34,974 bases of DNA from Guillardia theta CCMP2712 (Eukaryota > Protista > Cryptophyta): assembly GCF_000315625.1 (NCBI RefSeq), contig NW_005434423.1, positions 1 through 34,974 of the forward strand, written 5' to 3'. A program made the position numbers and the translations under genes. Of this stretch, positions 11,462 through 20,042 are shown piece after piece. The notes beneath the pieces were generated by a model. It had not been told where the DNA came from and did not search any database. It saw only the letters and a list, made by a program, of their open reading frames with translations. Within the stretch, counting starts at the first letter, position 1. Each line of letters starts with the position of its first letter.

Positions 11462-11530
11462 GAAATAAAAAAAATGGTGTTTTTTTTTCAATAAAAAAAA
11501 TTGAAATCATCACCCTCATACCCCGACCCA

Positions 11531-11897
11531 GGTCCCCAGGGAAAGCCCCCCCCCCTTGCCAGATTTCTGAAAACCGTTAAACCGTTAAACCGTTAAAGTT
11601 AACGGTCTTTAAAACCTTTAAAGAAGGTTCGCCGGACAGTATACGTATAGTATGTATATAGTATATAGTATGTATGTATATGTATGTATATGTATGTATG
11701 TATATACATACTATGTATATGTATGTATCTATGTATGTAATATATGTATATATATATATATGTCCTGCGAACCTTATTTAAAATGATCAAAGGAGAAGAA
11801 TCGCCGGACGGTGGTTGAAGGTTTTAACGGTTTAACGGTTTAACGGTTTAACGGTTTTCAGATTCTGGCCAGGGGGGGGGCCTTTCCTGGGAGACCC
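11531..11897. repeat. Nested imperfect inverted repeat around an AT-rich core; candidate replication origin/maintenance element
   Basis: Outer arms ~11531-11597 and ~11822-11897 contain C10/G9 tracts and CCGTTAAA x3 versus TTTAACGG x4. Inner 22-bp arms 11617-11638 and 11761-11782 differ at 2 positions. The repeat is directly visible; the function is inferred. Confidence 0.9.
11639..11760. repeat. TA/TATG microsatellite-like core (~122 bp)
   Basis: Near-continuous TATG/TATA/TAG units between the inner inverted repeats. Confidence 0.95.
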
Positions 11898-12107
11898 GGC
11901 TGTATAAGTAATTATAAACCCCCCGCTTCCCCGCTCAGACCACCTCTTTTTTATTTTTTTTTAAGGGAGGGTCCGTTTCCTCCTCCTCCTCCGTTGATAG
12001 CAAGGCGGGAAGGGCGGGGAGATCGGGCGGGGAGAACCACCACAGGCGTCCTGCATCGGCCATTATTTAAGCTTGCGCGGGTGGAGAGGGGGAAAGTAGT
12101 CGCGCGC

Positions 12108-12851
12108 ATGTCCAGGAGACCGCCCGCGGACACATTCGACAGCGTCTACTCGCAGCCCGGCCCCAGTCCGGCAAATGTTTCAGCTCCCTTTCGTTCCCCC
12201 GCCGCCCAGCGGTTCAGTTCCCCGCACCCCAACTTCATGGCGTACAACTCCCCGTTCCAGGCGGTTCCTTCTCCTCAGACCTACCCGGGTGTATCCGCTT
12301 TGGTGGACTTCCGGGATGGCATCCAGATCGTTGAGGACGAGGCGGAGCTTGACCGCGACGTGCTCCCAAGTTTCCTGCAGAGGAACGGCCGCAAGGGTGT
12401 TTCTTCCAGGGGCATCGCTGGCAAGTACCATGACGACGACGATGAGCACGAGGATGCGGAGGAGGAGACGGTGAGCGCCTCCGCGGAGGATGTCCGCAGC
12501 ATGGTGGAGGAGAACCTCCGCCGGAACTGCAAGTCCCGCTATTCTTCCTTGTCTGCGCTGGCCGGCAGATCCGGCGATTCTTCTTTGAAGTCCTCCTCCG
12601 AGGGGAAGCTTGACAAGAAGGCGGACCATGAAGACATCCTGAAGAACGTCCGCGAGAGCCTGAAGGAGATCCGGTTGAAGCTGTCCGGCGAAACTCCCGG
12701 GGGTTTAAAGGAGAGCTTAAAGGATAAGGCGCCGGTGTCTTCCTCTCTTGCGACGTCATCCCTCGCGTCCTCCCTCGCATCCCCCGTCCCGGGAACGACC
12801 CGCAGCTCCCGCCTCCTGATGGGGAGCGTGGGAAGCATGATCCGTGCGTAG
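12108..12851 (+). CDS. Hypothetical Ser/Pro-rich, largely disordered protein (247 aa)
   Basis: ATG 12108 (MSRRPP) lies 44 nt after TATTTAA (12064-12070); many SP motifs and an acidic tract. Confidence 0.75.
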   Translation: MSRRPPADTFDSVYSQPGPSPANVSAPFRSPAAQRFSSPHPNFMAYNSPFQAVPSPQTYPGVSALVDFRDGIQIVEDEAELDRDVLPSFLQRNGRKGVSSRGIAGKYHDDDDEHEDAEEETVSASAEDVRSMVEENLRRNCKSRYSSLSALAGRSGDSSLKSSSEGKLDKKADHEDILKNVRESLKEIRLKLSGETPGGLKESLKDKAPVSSSLATSSLASSLASPVPGTTRSSRLLMGSVGSMIRA

Positions 12852-12888
12852 GGGTGTTTCAACCCAGAGTGTATTTAACAAAGCGTGA

Positions 12889-13521
12889 ATGTACCTGAAA
12901 ACCAAACCATCGGCTCGCACCACCCCCTCCTGCCCGCGCACCTGCATGCGAACGGTGCAGCTGCTCTTCTACCGCGCCCAGCCGCAGGACCATTGGATCA
13001 ACCGCCTCGTGTCCTGGCTGGACCCGCCGTACGTCCACGTGGAGCTGAGGTTCGAGGATGGGATGGCGTCGTCGATCTTCGCTGGCGAGGTCCTCTTTTT
13101 CCGCCCCCGCAGCTTCGCCAACCCGCACTACCACATCGAGACCCTCACCGCGGAGGAGAGGGGATATCAGGAGATGTACCTCTACTGCCAGCGCCGGGCG
13201 GCCCAGAATGTCAGGTTCGACAACCTCGGCCTTCTCCTCGCCGCGCTGCCTTTGTACACCCGGACCCCGATCGACCGCACCTTCTGCAGCCGGCACGTCG
13301 TCGAGACCCTCCAGATGGGGAACGTGCCGGAGTTTTTGCTGCTATCTCCCCACCGCACCACCCCGACGATGATCTTCAAGGCCGCGAAGAACTCCGGCAG
13401 GACGTTCTTCTCCAGCGTCCCGTTCAAGATCAGCATGCTGGAGAGGAGCCAGGCGGACCGCCCCAGGACAAAGGAGAGGACGTCGGAGGGCGTGGTGGAG
13501 GCGGTCACCTTCAGGCGATAG
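12889..13521 (+). CDS. Permuted papain-like (NlpC/P60 superfamily, YiiX/YaeF/poxvirus G6R-type) amidase/peptidase
   Basis: His-before-Cys order: PYVHVELRF ... RFD ... RTFCSRHVVETLQ ... TTPTMIF; TATTTAA at 12872-12878. Confidence 0.8.
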   Translation: MYLKTKPSARTTPSCPRTCMRTVQLLFYRAQPQDHWINRLVSWLDPPYVHVELRFEDGMASSIFAGEVLFFRPRSFANPHYHIETLTAEERGYQEMYLYCQRRAAQNVRFDNLGLLLAALPLYTRTPIDRTFCSRHVVETLQMGNVPEFLLLSPHRTTPTMIFKAAKNSGRTFFSSVPFKISMLERSQADRPRTKERTSEGVVEAVTFRR

Positions 13522-13607
13522 GCATGCTGGCCGCACTGTCGGTCATGGGGTATGGGTTGATCATATGAAACGCACAGATGGTGTGCATTACGTAGTAAAT
13601 TGGGTGT

Positions 13608-14072
13608 TTACCCCGTTTTCTTCTTCCCTGTGTCCAAACCCCCGCGCTTCCCATCGCCCTTGAGCACGCCGTTGATGCTACCCATGAAGGAGAGGTAGAG
13701 CTTGGCCATCTTTTCGTCGACGCAGCGGTGGCCGGTCTCCTGATCGACGGAAACGACGCACTCCCTCACTTCGGCGGCGATCCTGGACATCTCTCTGACG
13801 CTCCTGGCCGCCACCATGTTGGGGCAGACCATGTGGGAGTGGATGTGCAGCCTGACGCCCTCCCGGGTCATGCCGCAGTCCGGCCACTGGGCGAGAAGGT
13901 TCTCGTGCACCTGCGCGACGATCTCCTCCTCCGACATGAGCAGCGCCGAGTCCCGGATAAAGTCCATGACCGCCTGCATGTAGGAGCAGTCCGAGCTGCA
14001 GTAGCGGCAGAACCAGCAGCCTTCCTGCAAGTTTTGACTGTCCTCCATTCTCTGGTCCATCATTCCGTCCAT
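13608..14072 (-). CDS. Small putative zinc-binding helical protein (CxxC ... HxxxH)
   Basis: CWFC ... MTREGVRLHIHSHMVCP; TATAAAA at 14117-14111; GC3-rich frame. Confidence 0.8.
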   Translation of the reverse strand: MDGMMDQRMEDSQNLQEGCWFCRYCSSDCSYMQAVMDFIRDSALLMSEEEIVAQVHENLLAQWPDCGMTREGVRLHIHSHMVCPNMVAARSVREMSRIAAEVRECVVSVDQETGHRCVDEKMAKLYLSFMGSINGVLKGDGKRGGLDTGKKKTG

Positions 14073-14110
14073 GCCCGCAGGCTCCTTCCTCCCGGAAACG
14101 CGAAATCGCG

Positions 14111-14151
14111 TTTTATACTTCTGGCACGGCTGTCCACCAACCCGTATTTAG
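14111..14151. promoter_or_regulatory. Divergent core promoters: TATAAAA (minus) and TATTTAG (plus)
   Basis: Boxes lie 45 and 42 nt from ATG 14072 and ATG 14187. Confidence 0.6.
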
Positions 14152-14186
14152 GACACTGCCTTCCGCGGGATGGTAAGTACGGCCTT

Positions 14187-17100
14187 ATGACCACCCACGT
14201 TCCCTTCTACACCTACGGGCCGGTCTTTGGGCCGAGCGTGTCTGGTGGGATGGATCCCTGGGGTATGGTTCAGGTTGGTGTTTCGGTGAAAGGCAGGAAG
14301 CCGTTTGGTAGGGTTAACGGGGATAACCAAAAAGTTCATAATGTGAAACAACCAACCTTCAAGCCAAATACAGATCTCATGAAGGAAAAGAGGAAAGTAA
14401 AGAAGGATGAACACATGAATGTGACGAGAAAGGAAGATGTCAAACCAGCCAAACATGAAACAACCTTCACATTCCCCTCGAAGCCCCCCGCCCCCTCTAA
14501 GCCCCCCGTCTTCCTCCGCCCCCACCGCGAGGAGATCGACCTTCGCTTCCGGGCGATGCGGGAGAACCAGAGGTACACGCTTCTATTGACTCACAGGAGT
14601 GGGGAGCGGGATGCTTCCCAGGGGATGCCGATGGGCCCCGTCCTGCAGTACGACGACAGGCTCCTGGAGAAATCATCCCCTGCCCCGGTTCCCCCGTCCT
14701 TCAACGTGGATAGGCACTTCCTCCCCGGCTGGCGCAAGCACCGCCCTCCCCTCCACAACAAGCGGCGCTGGCTCCGGTCTTACTTTGGGTACCTGCCCTG
14801 GCGCGGTGTGAGGGATGAGCTCAAGCTCGTGGACAAGGAGGACGTCACCACGACCACTCCGCACGACCTCGCATGCTTCTTTGCCGCCCTCTTCAAGCTC
14901 CATCAGCTGTCCGTGGATGGGGAGGACCTCCCCCTGAAGGCCGCCGTGTACGGCGCTGGATGCGGTGGCAGCACCGTCCCTCTGGCGCTGCTGTCCGAGA
15001 TGGTCTACTGCGTCGAGTGGAAGCAAAAGGAGTGCAACGAGCTGCGCAAGAACATGAACACGATCCTCGGGCACTTTGGTGTCAGCCCCTCTCGGGTGGG
15101 TGTCATCCGGGACGACTTCACGCAGTTTGCCCTCCCCTTCAATACACAGTATCTGCTGGTGTCACCGACGTGGGAGGAGAACGGGGACGAGCCCAACGAC
15201 CGCGTGTATTGCGGGCTGCAGCGCACTCCCGTGGAGGAGGTTGTTTCCAATGCGTTCGAGATGAGCCAGGGTCTGAGGATGGCTGTAGTTCACCTCCCTG
15301 TCACCATCGATCGGCAGGCCCTGCAGAAGCACTTCAACGAGAAGAAGCTGAGGTGTGTCTTTCGCCCCTTCATGGGCCCCAGGGCCGTTCTGCGGACCCT
15401 GTCCTCCAGTCGAAACCCGAGTATCGGGGGTGTACAGGATGAAGGGATGGACCCACTCTTGGAGATGCTCTCGGAGATGGCCATGCCCTCGGGGGAGGAT
15501 CCGGTTGTTCCCACGGATCAGCAGTGGAAGGAGATGCAGAAGAAGATCGCGGCGACGATAGGCAACGCTGGTGACATCAATGCTGCCATCGACACCCTCG
15601 TCCGCGGCTACCAGAAGCCCGGCGGGATCATGCGAAACTACCTGCGGGCGGTGAGCAGGGGTGTCTTCCAGAAGCCGCTGACGTTGGAGAGGCTCGACCC
15701 CTCCGGCGATGACTTTGACGGCTACAGGCCGGTGAAGCGGTACCTGCATAACATCGCGATGATTGTCACCCGGGATGAACCCTACCAACTCCCGGACCGC
15801 CCTGCCTGGACCTCCCGCGAGGAGCACGCCGCCTCTGCCTCCCTCCAGGCCGTCGAGATGGAGCAGATGGCGAGGGCGCTGCAGCTCGGCTTCAAGGCGG
15901 AGCCGGAGAAAGTGCTCGCTGCCACCCACGCAGCTCGGGCGGCTTTGCCGATCGTCTGGAAGGACGACATGGATGTCGGCGAGGTCATCGGGAGCCTTAT
16001 CAAGGCGTACCAGCTCATCGGCGCCAGCAACGCCCCGTACCCTTACTCCGCCCGGTCCGACGCCGACCCCACTGAGCGCAGGGCCAGGGCGCTGTTCCGG
16101 GAAGTGAAGCGCGGGGAGAGGGAGGAGGCGAGGATGACGGCCGAGGATGCGAATGTGGTGAAGAAGCACAAGAAAGTTACCGAATCCTTGGAGGATATCA
16201 AGGCTCTTATCCAGGAAGACAACGAGGTACTGAAGCATGTAAAATTAAGGCTCAAGGAAACTAGAGAATTTTGGAATCGCCTGCAAGAAAGGGTTCCACG
16301 CGTAGCACCCAGGAAGACACCCGGGGGCAACAAAGAGAATCCATCAGCCGTGGACGGAGGGGCTGCGGACACAGACGATGCGCTCTTACAAGAGATGAAG
16401 AGAGTTAAGAACATGATCAGAGAACTGGAGAGGGAGAAAGAGCAATTGGAGAATGACATACAGGAGTCTATGGAGGAAGAGAAGGAGGTGGAAGAAGAGA
16501 TGAAATCAATCACTAGCAACCATGACGACAGGAGTATGCCAGCAACATCGGAATCCCGCATGTCCAGGGCCTACGTGTCCCCCGAGGAAGACAGCCTCTT
16601 CGCCATCACGCAGGAGGCGCTCAGCGCGGTGTCGATCCATCCGAAGCAGGAGGGCCAGGCGCTGGGTGCGACCTGGACTTCCAGGAAGGTGCGCGACAGC
16701 GATCTGGACCTGGCGATCCGGAGGGTGGACAAAGCGGTGTCGGCGCTGCAGGGAGGCACTCCTTTCCAAGTAAGTCAAACAGCATCCGCGTGCCTCCACC
16801 AGGCGCAGGCCACCCTGCAGGCCGCCGCGGAGACCTTCGCGGACACTGCCGAGTTGCAGAAGGCCCACGACGCGCTGGATGCCCTTGTGAACGACATGCA
16901 GCTGGCGTTCTCGGGTGCGCTGCGTCCCGTGGAGGTCAGGGCTGACGAGCCCGACGAGGAGGCAGCCGCGCGCTACCGGAACCTGCACGTCACGCACGCG
17001 AACAAGGCGGTGCGGGGCTTCGTGCGGGCCATCCGGGCGTACCGCTCCAAGGTCCTGCACACCGCGGAGGAGCTGTACCCGCGGGAGTGCGAAGACTGGG

Positions 17101-18554
17101 TCGACACGCTCGCCACCATCCACGAGACGGAGAACGCGGTGATCGCCGCGGGGGAGACGGCGCTCGGGGTGAGGAAGCTGGCCAGCGACCTGGCGGCCAT
17201 CGACCCTTCCCGTCCCGGCGCGGCCAGGAGGAGGGATACGCTCTCTTTGAATTTACAGAAATCCACCGCCGCGCTGAAGGAGCAGGTCGCCGCCTACCAC
17301 CGCGTCCGGCAGCCATCCTCGCAGAAACCCCAGGCCCTACTCGACGGCATGGTGGTGAACGAGATGCTCCGGACCGGTTTTGCCTGGCGAGACCCGGCGG
17401 TGAAGGCGCAGGAGGAGCGCTGCGGCCGGGCGCAGGCCTGCATCCGGCATTACTCCGCGGTGATGTCCACATTGCTGGCGGCGGGGCTGGACCCTTCTAG
17501 GATTGATGCCGGGAGGGTTGCGCTCCATGGGCAAGTAGGGCCGGAGGTGGCGGCCGGCCTCGTCCTCCGCCGCGCCACGCAGCGCAGCAACATCCAGGCG
17601 CTGGGCAGGGCCATGGCCGAGGTGCGGGACACGGGCTACTCCGGGACGGACATCGAGCGCCTCACCCTCACGGACACGGCGCTGCAGAACCTCCACGCCA
17701 TGGTCCACTGGGTGGAGACGCTGGACCCCAGGCAGGCCGCGGAGCGGGTCGGCAGCGCCCTGCACGCCCCCGGTGCCCCCTTCACGGACGAGCAGAAGCG
17801 GAGCATCGCGGAGGCCGTCAAGACCGTCCCGAGGCTGAAGCCCATCCGTTCGCGGGTCTGTGCTCTCCGGGACGCGGTCGACACGGCGCTGCAGAGGGGC
17901 GTGTGCACCGCTGACGCCCTCGAAGCCCTCGACGCCCTGTCGCACATGGGCGAGGCGGAGGACCTTGCGGAGATCGTCGCCCCCAACGCCCACCCCGCTG
18001 CCATCTCACTCAGGAGGCTGCTGCGGGTGTCGCAGGACATCCTGTCTGACTTGTCCAGTGAGGGCAGCCCCTTCGTTCCCGACACGGTGATGCAGATGTG
18101 GAGGTCGTACCTGGATGACTTCCTGTCGTCCCCCGCTGGAACCACCGACCTGGAGGTCCTGGAGGTGATGATGCAGGACAAGGCCTTCGGACCCAGCATG
18201 CTAGCCGACTGCCAGGCCCTCGTGCAGCAGCAGCAGGACCTGGCTGCCAAGGTCTTTGACGGCTACATCGCCGCCTACACCACCCTGGGCGCCCTGTACG
18301 ACGCCTACTCCCGCTGCCTCCGGATCGCTTCCACGCTCCCGGACTTTGCATCACAAGATGACTCCACCAAGTATGAAACCCTCTCCCTCGCCGACGATTG
18401 CGCCGCCGCCGCCTACGAGACGGGCCTGCTCGCAGAGGACATCCGCGAGATGCGCGGCGTGGTCGGCGAGAGCATCCGGCACATGCACGGGGTGTGCGAC
18501 GTTCGCGGGCTCATCTCCGAGCTCAAGATCAATGTCTCTGTGTTGCTGCGGTAG
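14187..18554 (+). CDS. Large (1455 aa) protein: degenerate class I SAM methyltransferase-like (Tgs1-like) domain followed by coiled-coil and long Ala-rich helical region
   Basis: Start reassigned to ATG 14187 (TATTTAG at 14145). VYGAGCGGSTVPLA..VYCVE..LRKNM..VIRDDF..LLVSPTW parallels Tgs1 CGxGGNxIxFA..VxAID..ARHN..FIxGDF..VFLSPPW. E/K-rich coiled coil at ~16180-16520. Confidence 0.75.
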   Translation: MTTHVPFYTYGPVFGPSVSGGMDPWGMVQVGVSVKGRKPFGRVNGDNQKVHNVKQPTFKPNTDLMKEKRKVKKDEHMNVTRKEDVKPAKHETTFTFPSKPPAPSKPPVFLRPHREEIDLRFRAMRENQRYTLLLTHRSGERDASQGMPMGPVLQYDDRLLEKSSPAPVPPSFNVDRHFLPGWRKHRPPLHNKRRWLRSYFGYLPWRGVRDELKLVDKEDVTTTTPHDLACFFAALFKLHQLSVDGEDLPLKAAVYGAGCGGSTVPLALLSEMVYCVEWKQKECNELRKNMNTILGHFGVSPSRVGVIRDDFTQFALPFNTQYLLVSPTWEENGDEPNDRVYCGLQRTPVEEVVSNAFEMSQGLRMAVVHLPVTIDRQALQKHFNEKKLRCVFRPFMGPRAVLRTLSSSRNPSIGGVQDEGMDPLLEMLSEMAMPSGEDPVVPTDQQWKEMQKKIAATIGNAGDINAAIDTLVRGYQKPGGIMRNYLRAVSRGVFQKPLTLERLDPSGDDFDGYRPVKRYLHNIAMIVTRDEPYQLPDRPAWTSREEHAASASLQAVEMEQMARALQLGFKAEPEKVLAATHAARAALPIVWKDDMDVGEVIGSLIKAYQLIGASNAPYPYSARSDADPTERRARALFREVKRGEREEARMTAEDANVVKKHKKVTESLEDIKALIQEDNEVLKHVKLRLKETREFWNRLQERVPRVAPRKTPGGNKENPSAVDGGAADTDDALLQEMKRVKNMIRELEREKEQLENDIQESMEEEKEVEEEMKSITSNHDDRSMPATSESRMSRAYVSPEEDSLFAITQEALSAVSIHPKQEGQALGATWTSRKVRDSDLDLAIRRVDKAVSALQGGTPFQVSQTASACLHQAQATLQAAAETFADTAELQKAHDALDALVNDMQLAFSGALRPVEVRADEPDEEAAARYRNLHVTHANKAVRGFVRAIRAYRSKVLHTAEELYPRECEDWVDTLATIHETENAVIAAGETALGVRKLASDLAAIDPSRPGAARRRDTLSLNLQKSTAALKEQVAAYHRVRQPSSQKPQALLDGMVVNEMLRTGFAWRDPAVKAQEERCGRAQACIRHYSAVMSTLLAAGLDPSRIDAGRVALHGQVGPEVAAGLVLRRATQRSNIQALGRAMAEVRDTGYSGTDIERLTLTDTALQNLHAMVHWVETLDPRQAAERVGSALHAPGAPFTDEQKRSIAEAVKTVPRLKPIRSRVCALRDAVDTALQRGVCTADALEALDALSHMGEAEDLAEIVAPNAHPAAISLRRLLRVSQDILSDLSSEGSPFVPDTVMQMWRSYLDDFLSSPAGTTDLEVLEVMMQDKAFGPSMLADCQALVQQQQDLAAKVFDGYIAAYTTLGALYDAYSRCLRIASTLPDFASQDDSTKYETLSLADDCAAAAYETGLLAEDIREMRGVVGESIRHMHGVCDVRGLISELKINVSVLLR

Positions 18555-18642
18555 ATCACTTAGCTGTCCTTACATCTACTCTTGTTTTATGATTTATTTT
18601 CATATTTAATTTGAATACATTGAATAGCGATCATAAGGGGCT

Positions 18643-20022
18643 ATGGATCGACATGCTCATGCCCAAAATGTGGATAAGAGAAAGCGACTTGTGCGAGAGC
18701 TTGCACGACTCGGCCGTGAACAACGAAAAATAGTTTATGAACAGATAAAAAGATTATTTCAGAAACAAAAAGAAAACAATAAACGTCTTTTCAGCGGCGT
18801 GGAAACAAAAGCAAGGGATGTAATTCCCGGTAACGATTTCAATTATGTAGAATTCAAATTTCAGTTTGATATACGGGGAAGACCACCATATGAGTTAAGT
18901 TTTTATTTTCCCGACATATATGATATGGCCATTCATGATCCATCTCAGGCAGTTTACATGAACTATAGAAAGACTTACTGGCTTACAATTCAATATTTTG
19001 CCATGTCGAAATTGAATGATGCAGATAAGGAATTATTACGGAGATGGACACAAACGGAAGACTATTCAATCACTACAATGTTACTGCAGATTTTCTTTAA
19101 AAAGAAATGCGAACCAAGAAAATCCATTCCCAAATCAAAAGAGGAACTCAAGTCAATCATGGATGTAATCGTAGGTGATATAATAAGGCACAAACTTTTC
19201 CCAAAATTCATTCAAGATTGGGAAGCATATGAGAAACAACAAAATGAAATACACCAAAATCCAAACGATACACCAAACCAAGATAATTCTCTCCATGGAA
19301 ATATTCTTCCGTCCACATTCAAAGACGCAACCTACAAAGAACTGAAGAAGATACTCTCGGAAAACAATTATGCTAAAGTCAGAGAGGCTGTGGTCGCCTT
19401 TATAAAGGAACTTTATAGAATCAACGGGTTGCTCAGACCCATCAAAGATAAGTTCTGTCCACCCGACTTTTGGGAAGGTGCAGACATCTATGTCTTCAGG
19501 GGACATAATGACATTGATTTCAATAATCCAGATTTTGACCATAACAATGGTATTTTTTCTACGTCTCTTGAGTTCAACGTTGCTGCTGGATTTGCCACAA
19601 CCTTGAAAGAGAGTCATATGAAGGTCAAAGGGTCAGGAAATGACGAATTCATAAAGAATACGGTGTATATCCTTAAACTTTCTTACGAATCGAATGCCCT
19701 GTTCACTATGCCGTTGTCGCGCTTTGATCATGAGATGGAAATCACGTTGTTACCAGACAATGAAGAGGCCTTTATGCAGAGCCTACAGGACTGCATGAAT
19801 CTAACAATGGAGGACGTGCTATGTAAGAACCCAACTCCTCTGGTATCGGATGACATGGTACTGGACGGGGAGATAAGGGACACGATGCGTCGCGTATACA
19901 GCATCAAGGAGCGTGATTTCAGATTCCGCGATGATAGTATCAGTTTCATACACTGCGATAGCTGGTATGTATTGAGTCCGGATACAGGTTATATTCTGAA
20001 GGTAGTTAAAGCATATGAATAG
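18643..20022 (+). CDS. ADP-ribosyltransferase, R-S-E (cholera toxin/VIP2/C3-like) clade, ExE type
   Basis: YVFRG (R286), IFSTSL (S306-T-S), HEMEITLLP (E364-x-E366) in canonical order; TATTTAA at 18603-18609; AT-rich gene. Confidence 0.85.
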   Translation: MDRHAHAQNVDKRKRLVRELARLGREQRKIVYEQIKRLFQKQKENNKRLFSGVETKARDVIPGNDFNYVEFKFQFDIRGRPPYELSFYFPDIYDMAIHDPSQAVYMNYRKTYWLTIQYFAMSKLNDADKELLRRWTQTEDYSITTMLLQIFFKKKCEPRKSIPKSKEELKSIMDVIVGDIIRHKLFPKFIQDWEAYEKQQNEIHQNPNDTPNQDNSLHGNILPSTFKDATYKELKKILSENNYAKVREAVVAFIKELYRINGLLRPIKDKFCPPDFWEGADIYVFRGHNDIDFNNPDFDHNNGIFSTSLEFNVAAGFATTLKESHMKVKGSGNDEFIKNTVYILKLSYESNALFTMPLSRFDHEMEITLLPDNEEAFMQSLQDCMNLTMEDVLCKNPTPLVSDDMVLDGEIRDTMRRVYSIKERDFRFRDDSISFIHCDSWYVLSPDTGYILKVVKAYE

Positions 20023-20042
20023 CCTAGTAATGCGGGCATGAG

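Noticed and set aside
11599-11790. 63-aa Tyr/Ile/His-rich ORF
   Set aside because: Translation of the TA/TATG microsatellite.
11574-11854. Telomere or CRISPR interpretation of the TTTAACGG repeats
   Set aside because: Only 3-4 contiguous internal copies with no spacers and no cas genes; not at a sequence end.
11531-11897. MITE/transposon with terminal inverted repeats
   Set aside because: No evident target-site duplication or transposase, and the symmetry fades into flanking A/T tracts. Not fully excluded.
13728-14186. N-terminal 153 aa of the 1608-aa ORF
   Set aside because: Antisense to the well-formed 13608..14072 gene and upstream of the promoter-like box; ATG 14187 is preferred.
14170-14273. 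ATG followed by GTAAGT donor, with an in-frame CAG acceptor at 14273 (possible 101-nt intron)
   Set aside because: The ORF is open without splicing from ATG 14187 and the polypyrimidine tract is weak; cannot be supported without RNA data.
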